Assembly: GCF_058153355.1 (NCBI RefSeq)
Contig: NZ_CM177019.1
DNA length: 64,000 bases
Reading direction: 5' to 3' (one strand)
Positions 39,897 through 54,044 of the stretch are shown here, piece after piece; the first letter of the stretch is position 1; every line of letters begins with the position of its first letter. The position numbers and the translations under genes are program-made. The notes below the pieces were generated by a model. It was not told where the DNA came from. It made no database searches and worked only from the letters and a program-made list of their open reading frames with translations.

Positions 39897-42800
39897 GTGA
39901 GGCGATTGCCGGGGATTTTACTGCTTACTGGAGCCGCGCTCGTTGTGATCGCTGCCCTGCTGGTTAGCGGCCTGCGTATTGCTTTACCGCATCTTGACGC
40001 CTGGCGTCCGGAAATCCTCAACAAAATAGAATCCGCGACTGGCATGCCGGTAGAAGCCAGCCAGCTCTCAGCCAGCTGGCAGAATTTTGGCCCGACGCTT
40101 GAAGCGCGCGACATCCGTGCAGAGCTAAAAGATGGCGGCGAATTTTCGGTTAAACGCGTTACGCTGGCGCTGGATGTCTGGCAGAGCTTGTTACATATGC
40201 GCTGGCAGTTTCGTGACCTCACTTTCTGGCAGCTGCGCTTTCGCACCAACACTCCTATCACCAGCAGCGGTGGTAATGATAGCCTGGAAGCCAGTCACAT
40301 CAGCGATCTGTTTCTTCGTCAGTTCGACCATTTCGATCTCCGTGACAGCGAAGTCAGTTTCCTGACGCCATCCGGTCAGCGTGCTGAGCTGGCGATTCCA
40401 CAACTCACCTGGCTAAACGATCCACGTCGACACCGTGCGGAAGGCCAGGTAAGCCTCTCCAGCCTTACCGGTCAGCACGGCGTGATGCAGGTGCGCATGG
40501 ATTTGCGCGATGATGAGGGGTTGTTAAGCAATGGTCGAGTCTGGCTCCAGGCGGATGACATCGACCTGAAGCCGTGGCTCGGTAAATGGATGCAGGACAA
40601 TATTGCGCTGGAAACGGCACAGTTCTCCCTTGAAGGCTGGATGACGATCGACAAAGGCGATGTAACCGGCGGTGACGTCTGGCTGAAACAGGGCGGTGCC
40701 AGCTGGTTGGGCGAGAAGCAAACGCATACGCTGTCGGTGGATAATCTGACCGCGCATATTACGCGTGAAAACCCGGGCTGGCAGTTCTCTATTCCCGACA
40801 CACGGATCACGATGGACGGCAAACCCTGGCCGAGCGGAGCATTGACGCTGGCCTGGATACCGGAACAGAACGTTGGCGGCAAAGACAATAAACGCAGTGA
40901 CGAACTCCGGATTCGCGCCAGTAATCTGGAGCTGGCAGGCCTGGAGGGCGTACGCCCGCTGGCCGCGAAACTTTCACCTGCACTTGGTGATGTTTGGCGC
41001 TCCACACAACCGAGCGGCAAGATTAACACTCTGGCGCTGGATATCCCGCTTCAGGCGGCAGACAAGACCCGTTTTCAGGCATCGTGGAGCGATCTGGCCT
41101 GGAAGCAATGGAAATTATTACCGGGTGCGGAACACTTCTCCGGGACGCTTTCCGGCAGCGTAGAAAATGGTTTGCTTACCGCGTCGATGAAGCAGGCAAA
41201 GATGCCTTACGAAACGGTATTCCGTGCGCCACTGGAAATCGCAGACGGCCAGGCTACGATAAGCTGGCTGAACAATGACAAAGGTTTCCAGCTGGATGGG
41301 CGTAATATTGACGTTAAAGCCAAAGCCGTCCATGCGCGCGGCGGTTTTCGTTACCTGCAACCTGCTAACGATGAACCCTGGCTGGGTATTCTGGCTGGCA
41401 TCAGTACCGATGATGGTTCACAAGCCTGGCGCTATTTCCCGGAAAACTTGATGGGTAAAGACCTGGTTGATTACTTAAGTGGCGCGATTCAGGGCGGTGA
41501 AGCGGATAACGCGACGCTGGTTTATGGTGGTAATCCGCAACTCTTCCCCTATAAACACAATGAAGGTCAGTTTGAAGTGCTGGTGCCGCTGCGCAACGCG
41601 AAGTTTGCCTTCCAGCCGGACTGGCCTGCGTTAACGAACCTCGATATTGAACTGGACTTTATTAACGACGGTTTATGGATGAAAACCGATGGCGTTAATC
41701 TGGGCGGTGTGCGGGCCACTGATCTCACCGCAGTGATCCCTGACTACTCGAAAGAAAAACTGCTGATTGACGCTGACATTAAAGGTCCGGGTAAAGCCGT
41801 TGGCCCTTACTTTGATGAGACACCGTTGAAAGATTCTCTGGGTGCGACCCTGCAAGAACTCCAGCTCGACGGCGATGTGAATGCTCGCTTACATCTCGAT
41901 ATTCCGCTAAACGGCGAACTGGTTACCGCGAAAGGTGAAGTGACGCTGCGTAACAACAGTCTGTTTATCAAACCGCTTGATAGCACACTGAAAAATTTGA
42001 GCGGTAAATTCAGCTTTATCAATGGCGATCTGCAAAGCGAACCACTGACAGCAAGCTGGTTTAATCAGCCATTGAACGTGGATTTTTCCACCAAAGAAGG
42101 GACGAAAGCCTACCAGGTCGCGGTGAATCTCAACGGTAACTGGCAACCCGCGAAAACTGGCGTTCTGCCTGCAGCGGTGAACGAAGCATTGAGTGGCAGC
42201 GTGGCGTGGGATGGTAAAGTGGGCATTGAGCTGCCTTATCAAGCTGGCGCGACGTATAACGTAGAGCTAAACGGCGATTTGAAGAATGTGAGCAGTCACT
42301 TACCTTCACCGTTAGCCAAACCTGCGGGTGAACCACTGCCGGTAAACGTTAAGGTTGATGGCAATCTCAACAGTTTTGATTTAACCGGACAGGCTGGTGC
42401 GGATAACCATTTCAATAGCCGCTGGTTGCTTGGTCAAAAGCTGACGCTCGATCGTGCTATTTGGGCGGCAGACAGTAAAACGCTCCCGCCGTTGCCGGAA
42501 CAAAGTGGCGTTGAACTCAATATGCCGCCGATGAATGGTGCCGAGTGGCTGGCCCTGTTCCAGAAAGGTGCGGCGGAGAGTGTCGGTGGTGCAGCGAGTT
42601 TCCCACAACACATAACGTTACGTACGCCTATGTTGTCGCTGGGAAATCAGCAATGGAATAACCTGAGTATTGTTTCGCAACCGACGGCAAATGGCACCCA
42701 GGTTGAGGCGCAAGGGCGTGAAATCAACGCCACGCTGGCGATGCGTAATAACGCGCCGTGGCTGGCGAATATCAAATATCTTTATTACAACCCGAGCGAG

Positions 42801-43697
42801 GCGAAAACTCGTGGTGATTCAACGCCGTCATCACCTTTCCCGACAACGGAGCGCATTAACTTCCGTGGCTGGCCGGACGCACAAATACGATGCGCAGAGT
42901 GCTGGTTCTGGGGGCAAAAATTCGGTCGTATTGACAGTGATCTCACCATTTCTGGCGATACATTAACGCTGACCAATGGACTGATTGATACCGGTTTCTC
43001 GCGGCTCACTGCCGATGGTGAATGGGTTAATAATCCGGGGAATGAACGTACCTCGCTGAAAGGAAAACTGCGCGGGCAGAAAATTGATGCCGCCGCAGAA
43101 TTTTTTGGTGTCACGACGCCCATACGCCAGTCGTCATTTAATGTGGATTACGATTTACACTGGCGTAAAGCACCGTGGCAGCCAGATGAGGCGACGTTGA
43201 ATGGCATCATTCATACTCAACTGGGTAAAGGCGAAATTACCGAAATCAATACCGGACATGCCGGGCAATTGCTGCGCTTATTGAGCGTAGATGCCCTGAT
43301 GCGTAAGCTGCGTTTTGATTTCAGAGACACTTTTGGCGAAGGGTTCTATTTTGACTCCATTCGCAGCACCGCGTGGATTAAAGACGGCGTTATGCACACC
43401 GACGACACGCTGGTGGATGGCCTGGAGGCGGATATCGCCATGAAAGGGTCGGTAAATCTGGTACGTCGCGACCTGAATATGGAAGCGGTTGTCGCACCAG
43501 AGATTTCTGCGACGGTGGGCGTGGCTGCGGCTTTTGCGGTTAACCCCATTGTTGGAGCGGCAGTATTTGCAGCCAGTAAAGTGCTGGGGCCGCTGTGGAG
43601 CAAAGTCTCCATTTTGCGCTATCACATTTCGGGTCCGCTGGACGATCCGCAAATCAACGAAGTGTTGCGCCAACCGCGTAAAGAAAAAGCGCAATGA
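39897..43697 (+). CDS. yhdP: AsmA-like large envelope protein YhdP
   Basis: 1266 aa, N-terminal TM anchor, GTG start with AAGGAG SD. Confidence 0.92.
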   Translation: MRRLPGILLLTGAALVVIAALLVSGLRIALPHLDAWRPEILNKIESATGMPVEASQLSASWQNFGPTLEARDIRAELKDGGEFSVKRVTLALDVWQSLLHMRWQFRDLTFWQLRFRTNTPITSSGGNDSLEASHISDLFLRQFDHFDLRDSEVSFLTPSGQRAELAIPQLTWLNDPRRHRAEGQVSLSSLTGQHGVMQVRMDLRDDEGLLSNGRVWLQADDIDLKPWLGKWMQDNIALETAQFSLEGWMTIDKGDVTGGDVWLKQGGASWLGEKQTHTLSVDNLTAHITRENPGWQFSIPDTRITMDGKPWPSGALTLAWIPEQNVGGKDNKRSDELRIRASNLELAGLEGVRPLAAKLSPALGDVWRSTQPSGKINTLALDIPLQAADKTRFQASWSDLAWKQWKLLPGAEHFSGTLSGSVENGLLTASMKQAKMPYETVFRAPLEIADGQATISWLNNDKGFQLDGRNIDVKAKAVHARGGFRYLQPANDEPWLGILAGISTDDGSQAWRYFPENLMGKDLVDYLSGAIQGGEADNATLVYGGNPQLFPYKHNEGQFEVLVPLRNAKFAFQPDWPALTNLDIELDFINDGLWMKTDGVNLGGVRATDLTAVIPDYSKEKLLIDADIKGPGKAVGPYFDETPLKDSLGATLQELQLDGDVNARLHLDIPLNGELVTAKGEVTLRNNSLFIKPLDSTLKNLSGKFSFINGDLQSEPLTASWFNQPLNVDFSTKEGTKAYQVAVNLNGNWQPAKTGVLPAAVNEALSGSVAWDGKVGIELPYQAGATYNVELNGDLKNVSSHLPSPLAKPAGEPLPVNVKVDGNLNSFDLTGQAGADNHFNSRWLLGQKLTLDRAIWAADSKTLPPLPEQSGVELNMPPMNGAEWLALFQKGAAESVGGAASFPQHITLRTPMLSLGNQQWNNLSIVSQPTANGTQVEAQGREINATLAMRNNAPWLANIKYLYYNPSEAKTRGDSTPSSPFPTTERINFRGWPDAQIRCAECWFWGQKFGRIDSDLTISGDTLTLTNGLIDTGFSRLTADGEWVNNPGNERTSLKGKLRGQKIDAAAEFFGVTTPIRQSSFNVDYDLHWRKAPWQPDEATLNGIIHTQLGKGEITEINTGHAGQLLRLLSVDALMRKLRFDFRDTFGEGFYFDSIRSTAWIKDGVMHTDDTLVDGLEADIAMKGSVNLVRRDLNMEAVVAPEISATVGVAAAFAVNPIVGAAVFAASKVLGPLWSKVSILRYHISGPLDDPQINEVLRQPRKEKAQ

Positions 43698-43771
43698 TTT
43701 GACGAGGGCGCGTAATTGCCCCAATCTCATATGATAATCGTTGCCAAAGGCCAACGAGCCGGAACATAACC

Positions 43772-43806
43772 GTAGGCCGGATAGGGCGTTCACGCCGCAT
43801 CCGGCA
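43772..43806. repeat. REP (repetitive extragenic palindromic) element
   Basis: gtaggccggatagggcgttcacgccgcatccggcag matches E. coli REP consensus. Confidence 0.8.
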
Positions 43807-43837
43807 GCCGTAAAAAATCCTCTACTGCAGTAACTAA

Positions 43838-45298
<1,461 letters not shown>

Positions 45299-45425
45299 TA
45301 ATTTCAGTATTTTCAGAAGGATAATTAATCCTTCTCCGTGTACGAACGGTCCCCTTGCCCCTCTGTGGAGAAGGTTAGGGGAACCCGTTGGCACAGGTTT
45401 GTACAACGTAACAGTACAATATGAA

Positions 45426-46355
45426 TTACTTCTCTTTCCCGCGCCCGTGCATTTCCTGAAACAATTTACCGACCTCAACAAAATAATCCGTCAGTGAGTT
45501 GATCACGACCTGTACCTTCAGCGGCAGCTTATCTTTTTCGGTATACAACGCATAAACCGGGCGTGGATCTGACTGGTAACGTGGCAGCAGGATCTCGAGT
45601 TCCCCGCGATTGATCTCGTTGATCACCCACATCAGCGGCACGTAGGCGATCCCAGCGCCTGCAGTCAGCCAGCGCACCAGCGTCATCGGATCATTAGTCA
45701 CAAATCTCCCTTGCGGGATCAGGCGAGTCGAGATCCCTTCCGGTGCGATCAGTTCAAATTCATTGTCGGGCCGCACGCTGTATTCAAGCCATGAATGGCT
45801 ACTTAAATCGGCGGGTTTTTCCGGTATGCCGTATTGTGTGAGATAGCTTTTTGCGGCGCACACCACCATTGGCATCGCGCCCAGACGGCGGGAAAACAGG
45901 CTGGAATCTTGCAACGCGCCGACGCGGATCACCACATCCAGACCGTCGGCAATCAGGTCGGGGGCAGGAATTCCGGTAACCAGATTAACGCTCAAACCTG
46001 GGTATTCTTTCAGCATTTTGGCTGTTAGCCCGGCGAGAACATTTTGTGCCATAGTTGAAGAACAGCCAATGCGCAGCGTCCCGATGGGGGTGTTATTGAA
46101 GGCATACAGTTGCTCATGAACATCCTGCACTTCATGAAGCATCCGACGGCAGCCCTGGTAGTAAATTCTACCGGCTTCGGTCAGGCCAATGCTGCGTGTG
46201 CTACGGTTTAACAGCTTTACCTGCAACTCATCTTCCAGTTTTGACACCGTCTGACTGATGGACGAAACGCTCATCTGTAGCTGTCTGGCGGCGGCGGTAA
46301 AAGAGCCAAATTCAACTACTTTGGCAAACACCGACATGCGTTTTAGTCGTTCCAT
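45426..46355 (-). CDS. aaeR: LysR-family regulator AaeR
   Basis: 309 aa with N-terminal LysR HTH; divergent from aaeXAB. Confidence 0.92.
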   Translation of the reverse strand: MERLKRMSVFAKVVEFGSFTAAARQLQMSVSSISQTVSKLEDELQVKLLNRSTRSIGLTEAGRIYYQGCRRMLHEVQDVHEQLYAFNNTPIGTLRIGCSSTMAQNVLAGLTAKMLKEYPGLSVNLVTGIPAPDLIADGLDVVIRVGALQDSSLFSRRLGAMPMVVCAAKSYLTQYGIPEKPADLSSHSWLEYSVRPDNEFELIAPEGISTRLIPQGRFVTNDPMTLVRWLTAGAGIAYVPLMWVINEINRGELEILLPRYQSDPRPVYALYTEKDKLPLKVQVVINSLTDYFVEVGKLFQEMHGRGKEK

Positions 46356-46536
46356 TATTCACTCTGACTTAAAAGTGATTTAGATCACATAATATAGATA
46401 ACAGCATAACAGTTACGTTAATATATTAAATATCAATCTACAGCAATGTGCTCTCGCCCGGCTTTCCATGCCCTTCTCTGCGGCGACAGATGCTGAAAAT
46501 AATAACGCCTGCTCTCTCTATACAACCAAGGTCAAC

Positions 46537-46740
46537 ATGAGTCTGTTTCCCGTTATCGTGGTGTTTGGGCTGTCCTTCCCACCGATATTTTTCGAATTGC
46601 TTTTATCACTGGCGATTTTCTGGCTGGTGCGCCGGGTACTTGTGCCAACAGGTATCTACGACTTTGTCTGGCATCCGGCGTTGTTCAACACCGCGCTCTA
46701 TTGCTGCTTGTTTTATTTGATATCGCGACTGTTCGTTTGA
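46537..46740 (+). CDS. aaeX: Small membrane protein AaeX
   Basis: 67 aa from ATG 46537 ([31 protein letters not shown]...); ORF-track upstream extension rejected. Confidence 0.85.
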
Positions 46741-46747
46741 GGTTGAA

Positions 46748-47680
46748 GTGAAAACACTAATAAGAAAATTCTCCCGTACGGCCATCACGGTCGTATTAGT
46801 CATTCTGGCCTTCATCGCAATTTTTAATGCCTGGGTCTATTACACCGAATCCCCGTGGACGCGTGACGCGCGCTTTAGCGCTGACGTCGTTGCGATCGCG
46901 CCGGACGTTTCTGGACTCATTACCCAGGTGAATGTTCATGATAACCAGCTGGTGAAAAAAGGACAGGTACTGTTCACCATCGACCAGCCGCGTTATCAAA
47001 AGGCGCTTGAGGAAGCGCAAGCCGATGTTGCTTATTATCAGGTACTGGCACAGGAGAAACGCCAGGAGGCCGGACGTCGTAACCGTCTCGGTGTGCAGGC
47101 GATGTCTCGCGAAGAGATCGATCAGGCCAACAACGTACTACAAACGGTTCTGCATCAGTTAGCGAAAGCGCAGGCGACCCGCGATCTGGCAAAACTGGAT
47201 CTTGAACGCACGGTGATCCGCGCGCCAGCAGATGGCTGGGTGACCAACCTCAACGTCTATACCGGTGAGTTTATTACCCGTGGATCAACGGCGGTTGCGC
47301 TGGTGAAACAGAACTCCTTCTATGTACTGGCCTATATGGAAGAAACTAAGCTGGAAGGGGTGCGCCCTGGGTATCGTGCAGAGATCACGCCGCTTGGCAG
47401 TAACAAAGTGCTGAAAGGGACTGTTGATAGTGTTGCCGCTGGGGTCACCAACGCCAGCAGCACGCGTGACGACAAAGGGATGGCGACCATCGACTCTAAC
47501 CTTGAATGGGTGCGTTTGGCGCAACGTGTTCCGGTTCGTATTCGTCTCGACAACCAGCAAGAGAACATCTGGCCTGCGGGCACCACTGCTACAGTGGTGG
47601 TCACTGGCAAACAAGATCGCGACGAAAGCCAGGATTCGTTCTTCCGTAAAATGGCCCATCGCCTGCGTGAGTTTGGTTAA
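46748..47680 (+). CDS. aaeA: p-Hydroxybenzoic acid efflux pump subunit AaeA (membrane fusion protein)
   Basis: 310 aa HlyD-like adaptor, GTG start. Confidence 0.92.
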
Positions 47681-47685
47681 TCACG

Positions 47686-49653
47686 ATGGGTATTTTCTCC
47701 ATTGCTAACCAACATATTCGCTTTGCGGTAAAACTGGCGACCGCCATTGTACTGGCGCTGTTTGTTGGCTTTCACTTCCAGCTGGAAACGCCACGCTGGG
47801 CGGTACTGACAGCGGCGATTGTTGCCGCCGGTCCGGCCTTTGCTGCGGGAGGTGAACCGTATTCTGGCGCTATTCGCTATCGTGGCTTTTTGCGCATCAT
47901 CGGCACATTTATTGGCTGTATTGCCGGACTGGTGATCATCATTGCGATGATCCGCGCACCATTATTGATGATTCTGGTGTGCTGTATCTGGGCCGGTTTT
48001 TGTACCTGGATATCCTCGCTGGTACGAATAGAAAACTCGTATGCGTGGGGGCTGGCCGGTTATACCGCGCTGATCATTGTGATCACCATTCAGCCGGAAC
48101 CATTGCTTACGCCGCAGTTTGCCGTCGAACGTTGTAGCGAGATCGTTATCGGTATTGTGTGTGCAATTATGGCGGATTTGCTCTTTTCTCCGCGATCGAT
48201 CAAACAAGAAGTGGATCGAGAGCTGGAAAGTTTGCTGGTCGCGCAATATCAATTAATGCAACTCTGTATCAAGCATGGCGATGGTGAAGTTGTCGATAAA
48301 GCCTGGGGCGATCTGGTGCGACGCACCACGGCGTTACAAGGTATGCGCAGCAACCTGAATATGGAATCTTCCCGCTGGGCGCGGGCCAATCGACGTTTAA
48401 AAGCGATCAACACGCTATCGCTGACGCTGATTACCCAATCCTGCGAAACTTATCTTATTCAGAATACGCGCCCGGAATTGATCACTGATACTTTCCGCGA
48501 ATTTTTTGACACGCCGGTAGAAACCGCGCAGGACGTCCACAAGCAGCTCAAACGCCTGCGGAGAGTTATCGCCTGGACCGGGGAACGGGAAACGCCTGTC
48601 ACCATTTATAGCTGGGTCGCGGCGGCAACGCGTTATCAGCTTCTCAAGCGCGGCGTTATCAGTAACACAAAAATCAACGCTACTGAAGAAGAGATCCTGC
48701 AAGGCGAACCGGAAGTCAAAGTAGAGTCAGCCGAACGTCATCATGCGATGGTTAACTTCTGGCGAACCACACTTTCCTGCATTCTGGGGACGCTTTTCTG
48801 GCTGTGGACGGGCTGGACTTCCGGCAGTGGTGCAATGGTGATGATTGCGGTAGTGACGTCACTGGCAATGCGTTTGCCGAATCCACGCATGGTGGCGATC
48901 GACTTTATTTATGGGACGCTGGCGGCGCTGCCGTTAGGGCTACTCTACTTTTTGGTGATTATCCCTAATACCCAACAAAGCATGTTATTGCTGTGTATTA
49001 GCCTGGCAGTGCTGGGATTCTTCCTTGGCATTGAAGTACAGAAACGGCGATTGGGCTCGATGGGGGCGCTGGCCAGCACCATAAACATTATCGTGCTGGA
49101 TAACCCGATGACTTTCCATTTCAGTCAGTTTCTCGACAGCGCATTAGGGCAAATCGTCGGCTGTGTGCTCGCGTTCACCGTTATTTTGCTGGTGCGGGAT
49201 AAATCGCGCGACAGGACTGGACGTGTACTGCTTAATCAGTTTGTTTCTGCCGCTGTTTCCGCGATGACTACCAATGTGGCACGTCGTAAAGAGAATCACC
49301 TCCCGGCACTTTATCAGCAGCTGTTTTTGCTGATGAATAAGTTCCCAGGGGATTTGCCGAAATTTCGCCTGGCACTGACGATGATTATCGCGCACCAGCG
49401 CTTGCGTGATGCGCCGATCCCGGTCAACGAGGATTTATCGGCGTTTCACCGGCAAATGCGCCGCACAGCAGACCATGTGATATCTGCCCGTAGCGATGAT
49501 AAACGTCGTCGGTACTTTGGCCAGTTGCTGGAAGAACTGGAAATCTACCAGGAAAAGCTACGCATCTGGCAAGCACCACCGCAGGTGACGGAACCAGTAC
49601 ATCGGCTTACGGGTATGCTCCATAAGTATCAACATGCGTTGACCGATAGTTAA
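47686..49653 (+). CDS. aaeB: p-Hydroxybenzoic acid efflux pump subunit AaeB
   Basis: 655 aa FUSC-type membrane protein. Confidence 0.92.
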   Translation: MGIFSIANQHIRFAVKLATAIVLALFVGFHFQLETPRWAVLTAAIVAAGPAFAAGGEPYSGAIRYRGFLRIIGTFIGCIAGLVIIIAMIRAPLLMILVCCIWAGFCTWISSLVRIENSYAWGLAGYTALIIVITIQPEPLLTPQFAVERCSEIVIGIVCAIMADLLFSPRSIKQEVDRELESLLVAQYQLMQLCIKHGDGEVVDKAWGDLVRRTTALQGMRSNLNMESSRWARANRRLKAINTLSLTLITQSCETYLIQNTRPELITDTFREFFDTPVETAQDVHKQLKRLRRVIAWTGERETPVTIYSWVAAATRYQLLKRGVISNTKINATEEEILQGEPEVKVESAERHHAMVNFWRTTLSCILGTLFWLWTGWTSGSGAMVMIAVVTSLAMRLPNPRMVAIDFIYGTLAALPLGLLYFLVIIPNTQQSMLLLCISLAVLGFFLGIEVQKRRLGSMGALASTINIIVLDNPMTFHFSQFLDSALGQIVGCVLAFTVILLVRDKSRDRTGRVLLNQFVSAAVSAMTTNVARRKENHLPALYQQLFLLMNKFPGDLPKFRLALTMIIAHQRLRDAPIPVNEDLSAFHRQMRRTADHVISARSDDKRRRYFGQLLEELEIYQEKLRIWQAPPQVTEPVHRLTGMLHKYQHALTDS

Positions 49654-49656
49654 GTC

Positions 49657-49686
49657 AAAACCGACGCCAAAAGCGTCGGTTTTTTC
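49657..49686 (+). terminator. Rho-independent terminator after aaeB
   Basis: aaaaccgacgccaaaagcgtcggttttttc. Confidence 0.85.
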
Positions 49687-49744
49687 ATGGCTATACTTAG
49701 CAATGAACGGCAGAACTCGCCGCGAAACGTGACGGTGGCAACAG

Positions 49745-50017
49745 ATGAATATTTATACCTTTGATTTTGATGAGATTGAGAGTCAGGAGGATTTTTATCG
49801 CGACTTTAGCCAAACCTTTGGTCTGGCAAAAGATAAAGTACGCGATCTCGACTCTCTATGGGATGTGTTAATGAACGATGTCCTGCCGCTACCACTTGAG
49901 ATTGAATTTGTTCATCTGGGAGAGAAAACGCGTCGCCGTTTTGGCGCATTAATATTGCTGTTTGATGAGGCAGAGGAAGAGCTGGAAGGGCATTTGCGTT
50001 TTAATGTTCGTCATTAG
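49745..50017 (+). CDS. yhcO: Barstar-like small protein YhcO
   Basis: 90 aa [27 protein letters not shown]... Confidence 0.85.
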   Translation: MNIYTFDFDEIESQEDFYRDFSQTFGLAKDKVRDLDSLWDVLMNDVLPLPLEIEFVHLGEKTRRRFGALILLFDEAEEELEGHLRFNVRH

Positions 50018-50072
50018 CGCAAAAAAAAGCCCCCGAACCGGGGGCAATATCGTCGGACAAGACGATGAGGGT

Positions 50073-50336
50073 TTATTTGTACAGTTCAGCCGTAGCGTGC
50101 CAGGTGTCACCGCTACGAGCTTCAGTAATCTGGTAGGCCGTTGCGCCTTTCTCTTCCGCTTTTTTGTTCAGCATTTCACGCATATCCATTGGCGAAGACG
50201 CCACACCACTTACGGATACGGTCCCGATTGCTTCACGATTTTGTGCTTGTGCAGCATCAATGGAGTCGGCAGCGAATGCACCGAAAGAGAGAACAGAAAG
50301 TACGCTTAATGCAGCAACAGTGGTTTTGATTTTCAT
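50073..50336 (-). CDS. yhcN: Periplasmic stress-induced protein YhcN (DUF1471)
   Basis: 87 aa from ATG 50336 with signal peptide MKIKTTVAALSVLSVLSFGAFA; GAGG SD; hairpin 50032-50056 followed by T-run on minus strand acts as its terminator. Confidence 0.85.
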   Translation of the reverse strand: MKIKTTVAALSVLSVLSFGAFAADSIDAAQAQNREAIGTVSVSGVASSPMDMREMLNKKAEEKGATAYQITEARSGDTWHATAELYK

Positions 50337-50700
50337 GATTTTTACCTCGACATAATCTTTTAGCTGGGCCTTTGTTTCGTGACCCATATCACAAAATCAA
50401 GTATACACTAATTATTGAACTAATTAATACCACGCTAACTGTTTCAGTTGATACTAAGTGTTAAAAGTGTGAGTTTTAATAACAAAAAAGAATTAAAAAC
50501 ACGGTTATTTATTATTAATTCTATTATTTTCAATTAGATAATGAATTTTGCATAATGTGCTTTTTTTAACTCATGTATTCATTATGTGAATGATGTGTCG
50601 CGCTAAAACGCACTATCCGTTAAATTAATCGTAGGAGAAAGCAGGGGGATGAGAGGGAAAAGCAACATTTTCCCCGCCGCCAGAAGCGACGGGGCAGAGA

Positions 50701-51174
<474 letters not shown>

Positions 51175-51530
51175 TCACCCGATATGGTGGTTGATACAAC
51201 ATTATTGTGCATACAGATGAATTTTTATGCAAACAGTCAGCCCTGAAGAAGGCTGAAATAATGTTATGAAAGAGCGGGATTTTATCAAATTTCGTTATTG
51301 AGAAACATGCCTGCGTCACGGCATGCAAATTCTGCTTAAAAGTAAATTAATTGTTATCAAATTGATGTTGTTTTGGCTGAACGGTAGGGTATATTGTCAC
51401 CACCTGTTGGAATGTTGCGCTAATGCATAAGCGACTGTTAATTACGTAAGTTAGGTTCCTGATTACGGCAATTAAATGCATAAACGCTAAACTTGCGTGA
51501 CTACACATTCTTGAGATGTGGTCATTGTAA

Positions 51531-52544
<1,014 letters not shown>

Positions 52545-52569
52545 TTGATTAGCGGATAATAAAAAACCG

Positions 52570-52581
52570 GAGCACAGACTC
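52570..52581. repeat. IS4 target-site duplication, left copy (gagcacagactc)
   Basis: Identical 12 bp directly flanks both IS ends (other copy 54008-54019). Confidence 0.85.
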
Positions 52582-54007
52582 TAATGCCAGTCAGTTAAGC
52601 AACTGACTGGCTCTTTTTCGGGGCTGTGGGGTATTTCCAGGGCCTCTCCTTTACCACTCTCGGGAAGGCCCTTTCCCTTCTTGTCGGTAATTTCACAAGT
52701 TGTCCCATACTTGCAAGATCGCGCATCAGCTCCGGTATACGTCCCGGTGAAGCGCCCTGCAATGTCATCAGCATTCTCATCACCATTCCGCATGATTCTG
52801 AGAAACTCAGTTGATTCGGCCAGTAACCTTTCAGATGTTCCGCCATTTTAATCATCTGATATCTCACCAGATTATAAGCCAGTAAGACACCCCACAGCTC
52901 TTGCTCCACAAGCTCCGGCTTTTTACTTCTCAGCGTCAGCCTGCTCAGTTGCATCGTCTGTTTTATCTCCCTGTATCCCAGTTCGATTTCCCAGCGATGA
53001 CTGTACAGATCCGCCATTTCTCCTCCGGGGAAGCGCATGGCGTCCGTCATCGACGTCAGCAGATGGCAGACTTTTCCTTTGCGCGTCACGGTCAGCAGGC
53101 GGGCTGTCACTTCATTTCCCAGTCCCGGCCACTTTTTTCGTGCCTGCGGGCTGGTTTTCAGCTTCACCAGATGATCGCCTTTACCCAGTTTTCTGATCTC
53201 TTCATATTGCGCTCCCTTTCTGAGAGGTATCATCCAGTGGCGGTGTTCTCCCGCCAGGCTCCAGGCATTTAACAGTCCCAGTGAGTAATAACCTTTATCC
53301 ATTAACGTCAGAGTGTTATCGCCGGTTTGTTCTATAAGTTGCTCAGCAAGCTCATTTTCGCTGTTCTTCATCGTGCCGAAGGCTGCAGCCGTCAGCAGAT
53401 GGCTGGTCAGTTCCATCTGGCAGACCATTTTGACCTGCGGGTAGAGCGCCGGGTTCCCGGCATGTGTCTGGCGGGGGAAGGCTGCATCGTTCTCTGGTGT
53501 ATCCGGTGTGCGCCAGAACACACCATCGATGGCCAGCAGGGTCAGGCCGCACCAGTGCGGATGCGGCGTGGCGTTATGCCAGAGCTGCGCTGTTTTCGTG
53601 AACACGCGGCGGACAGCCTCACTTCCCAGGCGCTGGCGGGCCTGAATAACGGCACTGGGGGCAACGAAGGGGCGATTGCCCGGCAGCATGATGTCCAGGC
53701 GATTCACAATCTGGTGAAGAGGTTCTTTACGCTCAAGCGCCATGCCAACAATACACCAGACCATCATTTCGAGGGGAAGACGGCGCTTGCGTAGCGTTAC
53801 AGTACCTGATTCGGCAAGGCAACGAGAGATGAGTTCGGGGTCGAGGTAATCCCCCAGAGAAGTCAGTGGGTTACGCAGAGAATCGTAACGGGATACCAGA
53901 TCAAGAGCCTGTCCAATGTGCATAAAAAAATCCGGAAACAAGTGAGCGTTTCCGGATTCTTACACAGCCACTGGATCGGTCAACTGATCCTTAACTGATC
54001 GGCATTA
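52582..54007 (-). mobile_element. IS4 insertion sequence, complete (1426 bp)
   Basis: Terminal 18 bp inverted repeats taatgccagtcagttaag (left) / reverse complement of cttaactgatcggcatta (right), 16/18 match; single DDE transposase ORF; flanked by 12 bp direct repeats. Confidence 0.9.
52595..53923 (-). CDS. IS4 transposase
   Basis: 442 aa from ATG 53923 ([40 protein letters not shown]...), DDE transposase; length and N-terminus match my recollection of IS4 InsG. Confidence 0.88.
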   Translation of the reverse strand: MHIGQALDLVSRYDSLRNPLTSLGDYLDPELISRCLAESGTVTLRKRRLPLEMMVWCIVGMALERKEPLHQIVNRLDIMLPGNRPFVAPSAVIQARQRLGSEAVRRVFTKTAQLWHNATPHPHWCGLTLLAIDGVFWRTPDTPENDAAFPRQTHAGNPALYPQVKMVCQMELTSHLLTAAAFGTMKNSENELAEQLIEQTGDNTLTLMDKGYYSLGLLNAWSLAGEHRHWMIPLRKGAQYEEIRKLGKGDHLVKLKTSPQARKKWPGLGNEVTARLLTVTRKGKVCHLLTSMTDAMRFPGGEMADLYSHRWEIELGYREIKQTMQLSRLTLRSKKPELVEQELWGVLLAYNLVRYQMIKMAEHLKGYWPNQLSFSESCGMVMRMLMTLQGASPGRIPELMRDLASMGQLVKLPTRRERAFPRVVKERPWKYPTAPKKSQSVA

Positions 54008-54019
54008 GAGCACAGACTC
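54008..54019. repeat. IS4 target-site duplication, right copy (gagcacagactc)
   Basis: See left copy; joining the flanks rebuilds aaaaaaccggagcacagactccggtttttt, the mdh/degS bidirectional terminator. Confidence 0.85.
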
Positions 54020-54044
54020 CGGTTTTTTGTTTTGAGCGCACGAC

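Noticed and set aside
40472-41029. 185 aa minus-strand ORF inside yhdP (and several other 60-110 aa ORFs there)
   Set aside because: Embedded antisense in a long, well-supported coding region; Ser/Pro/Arg-rich low-complexity translation typical of wrong-frame reading.
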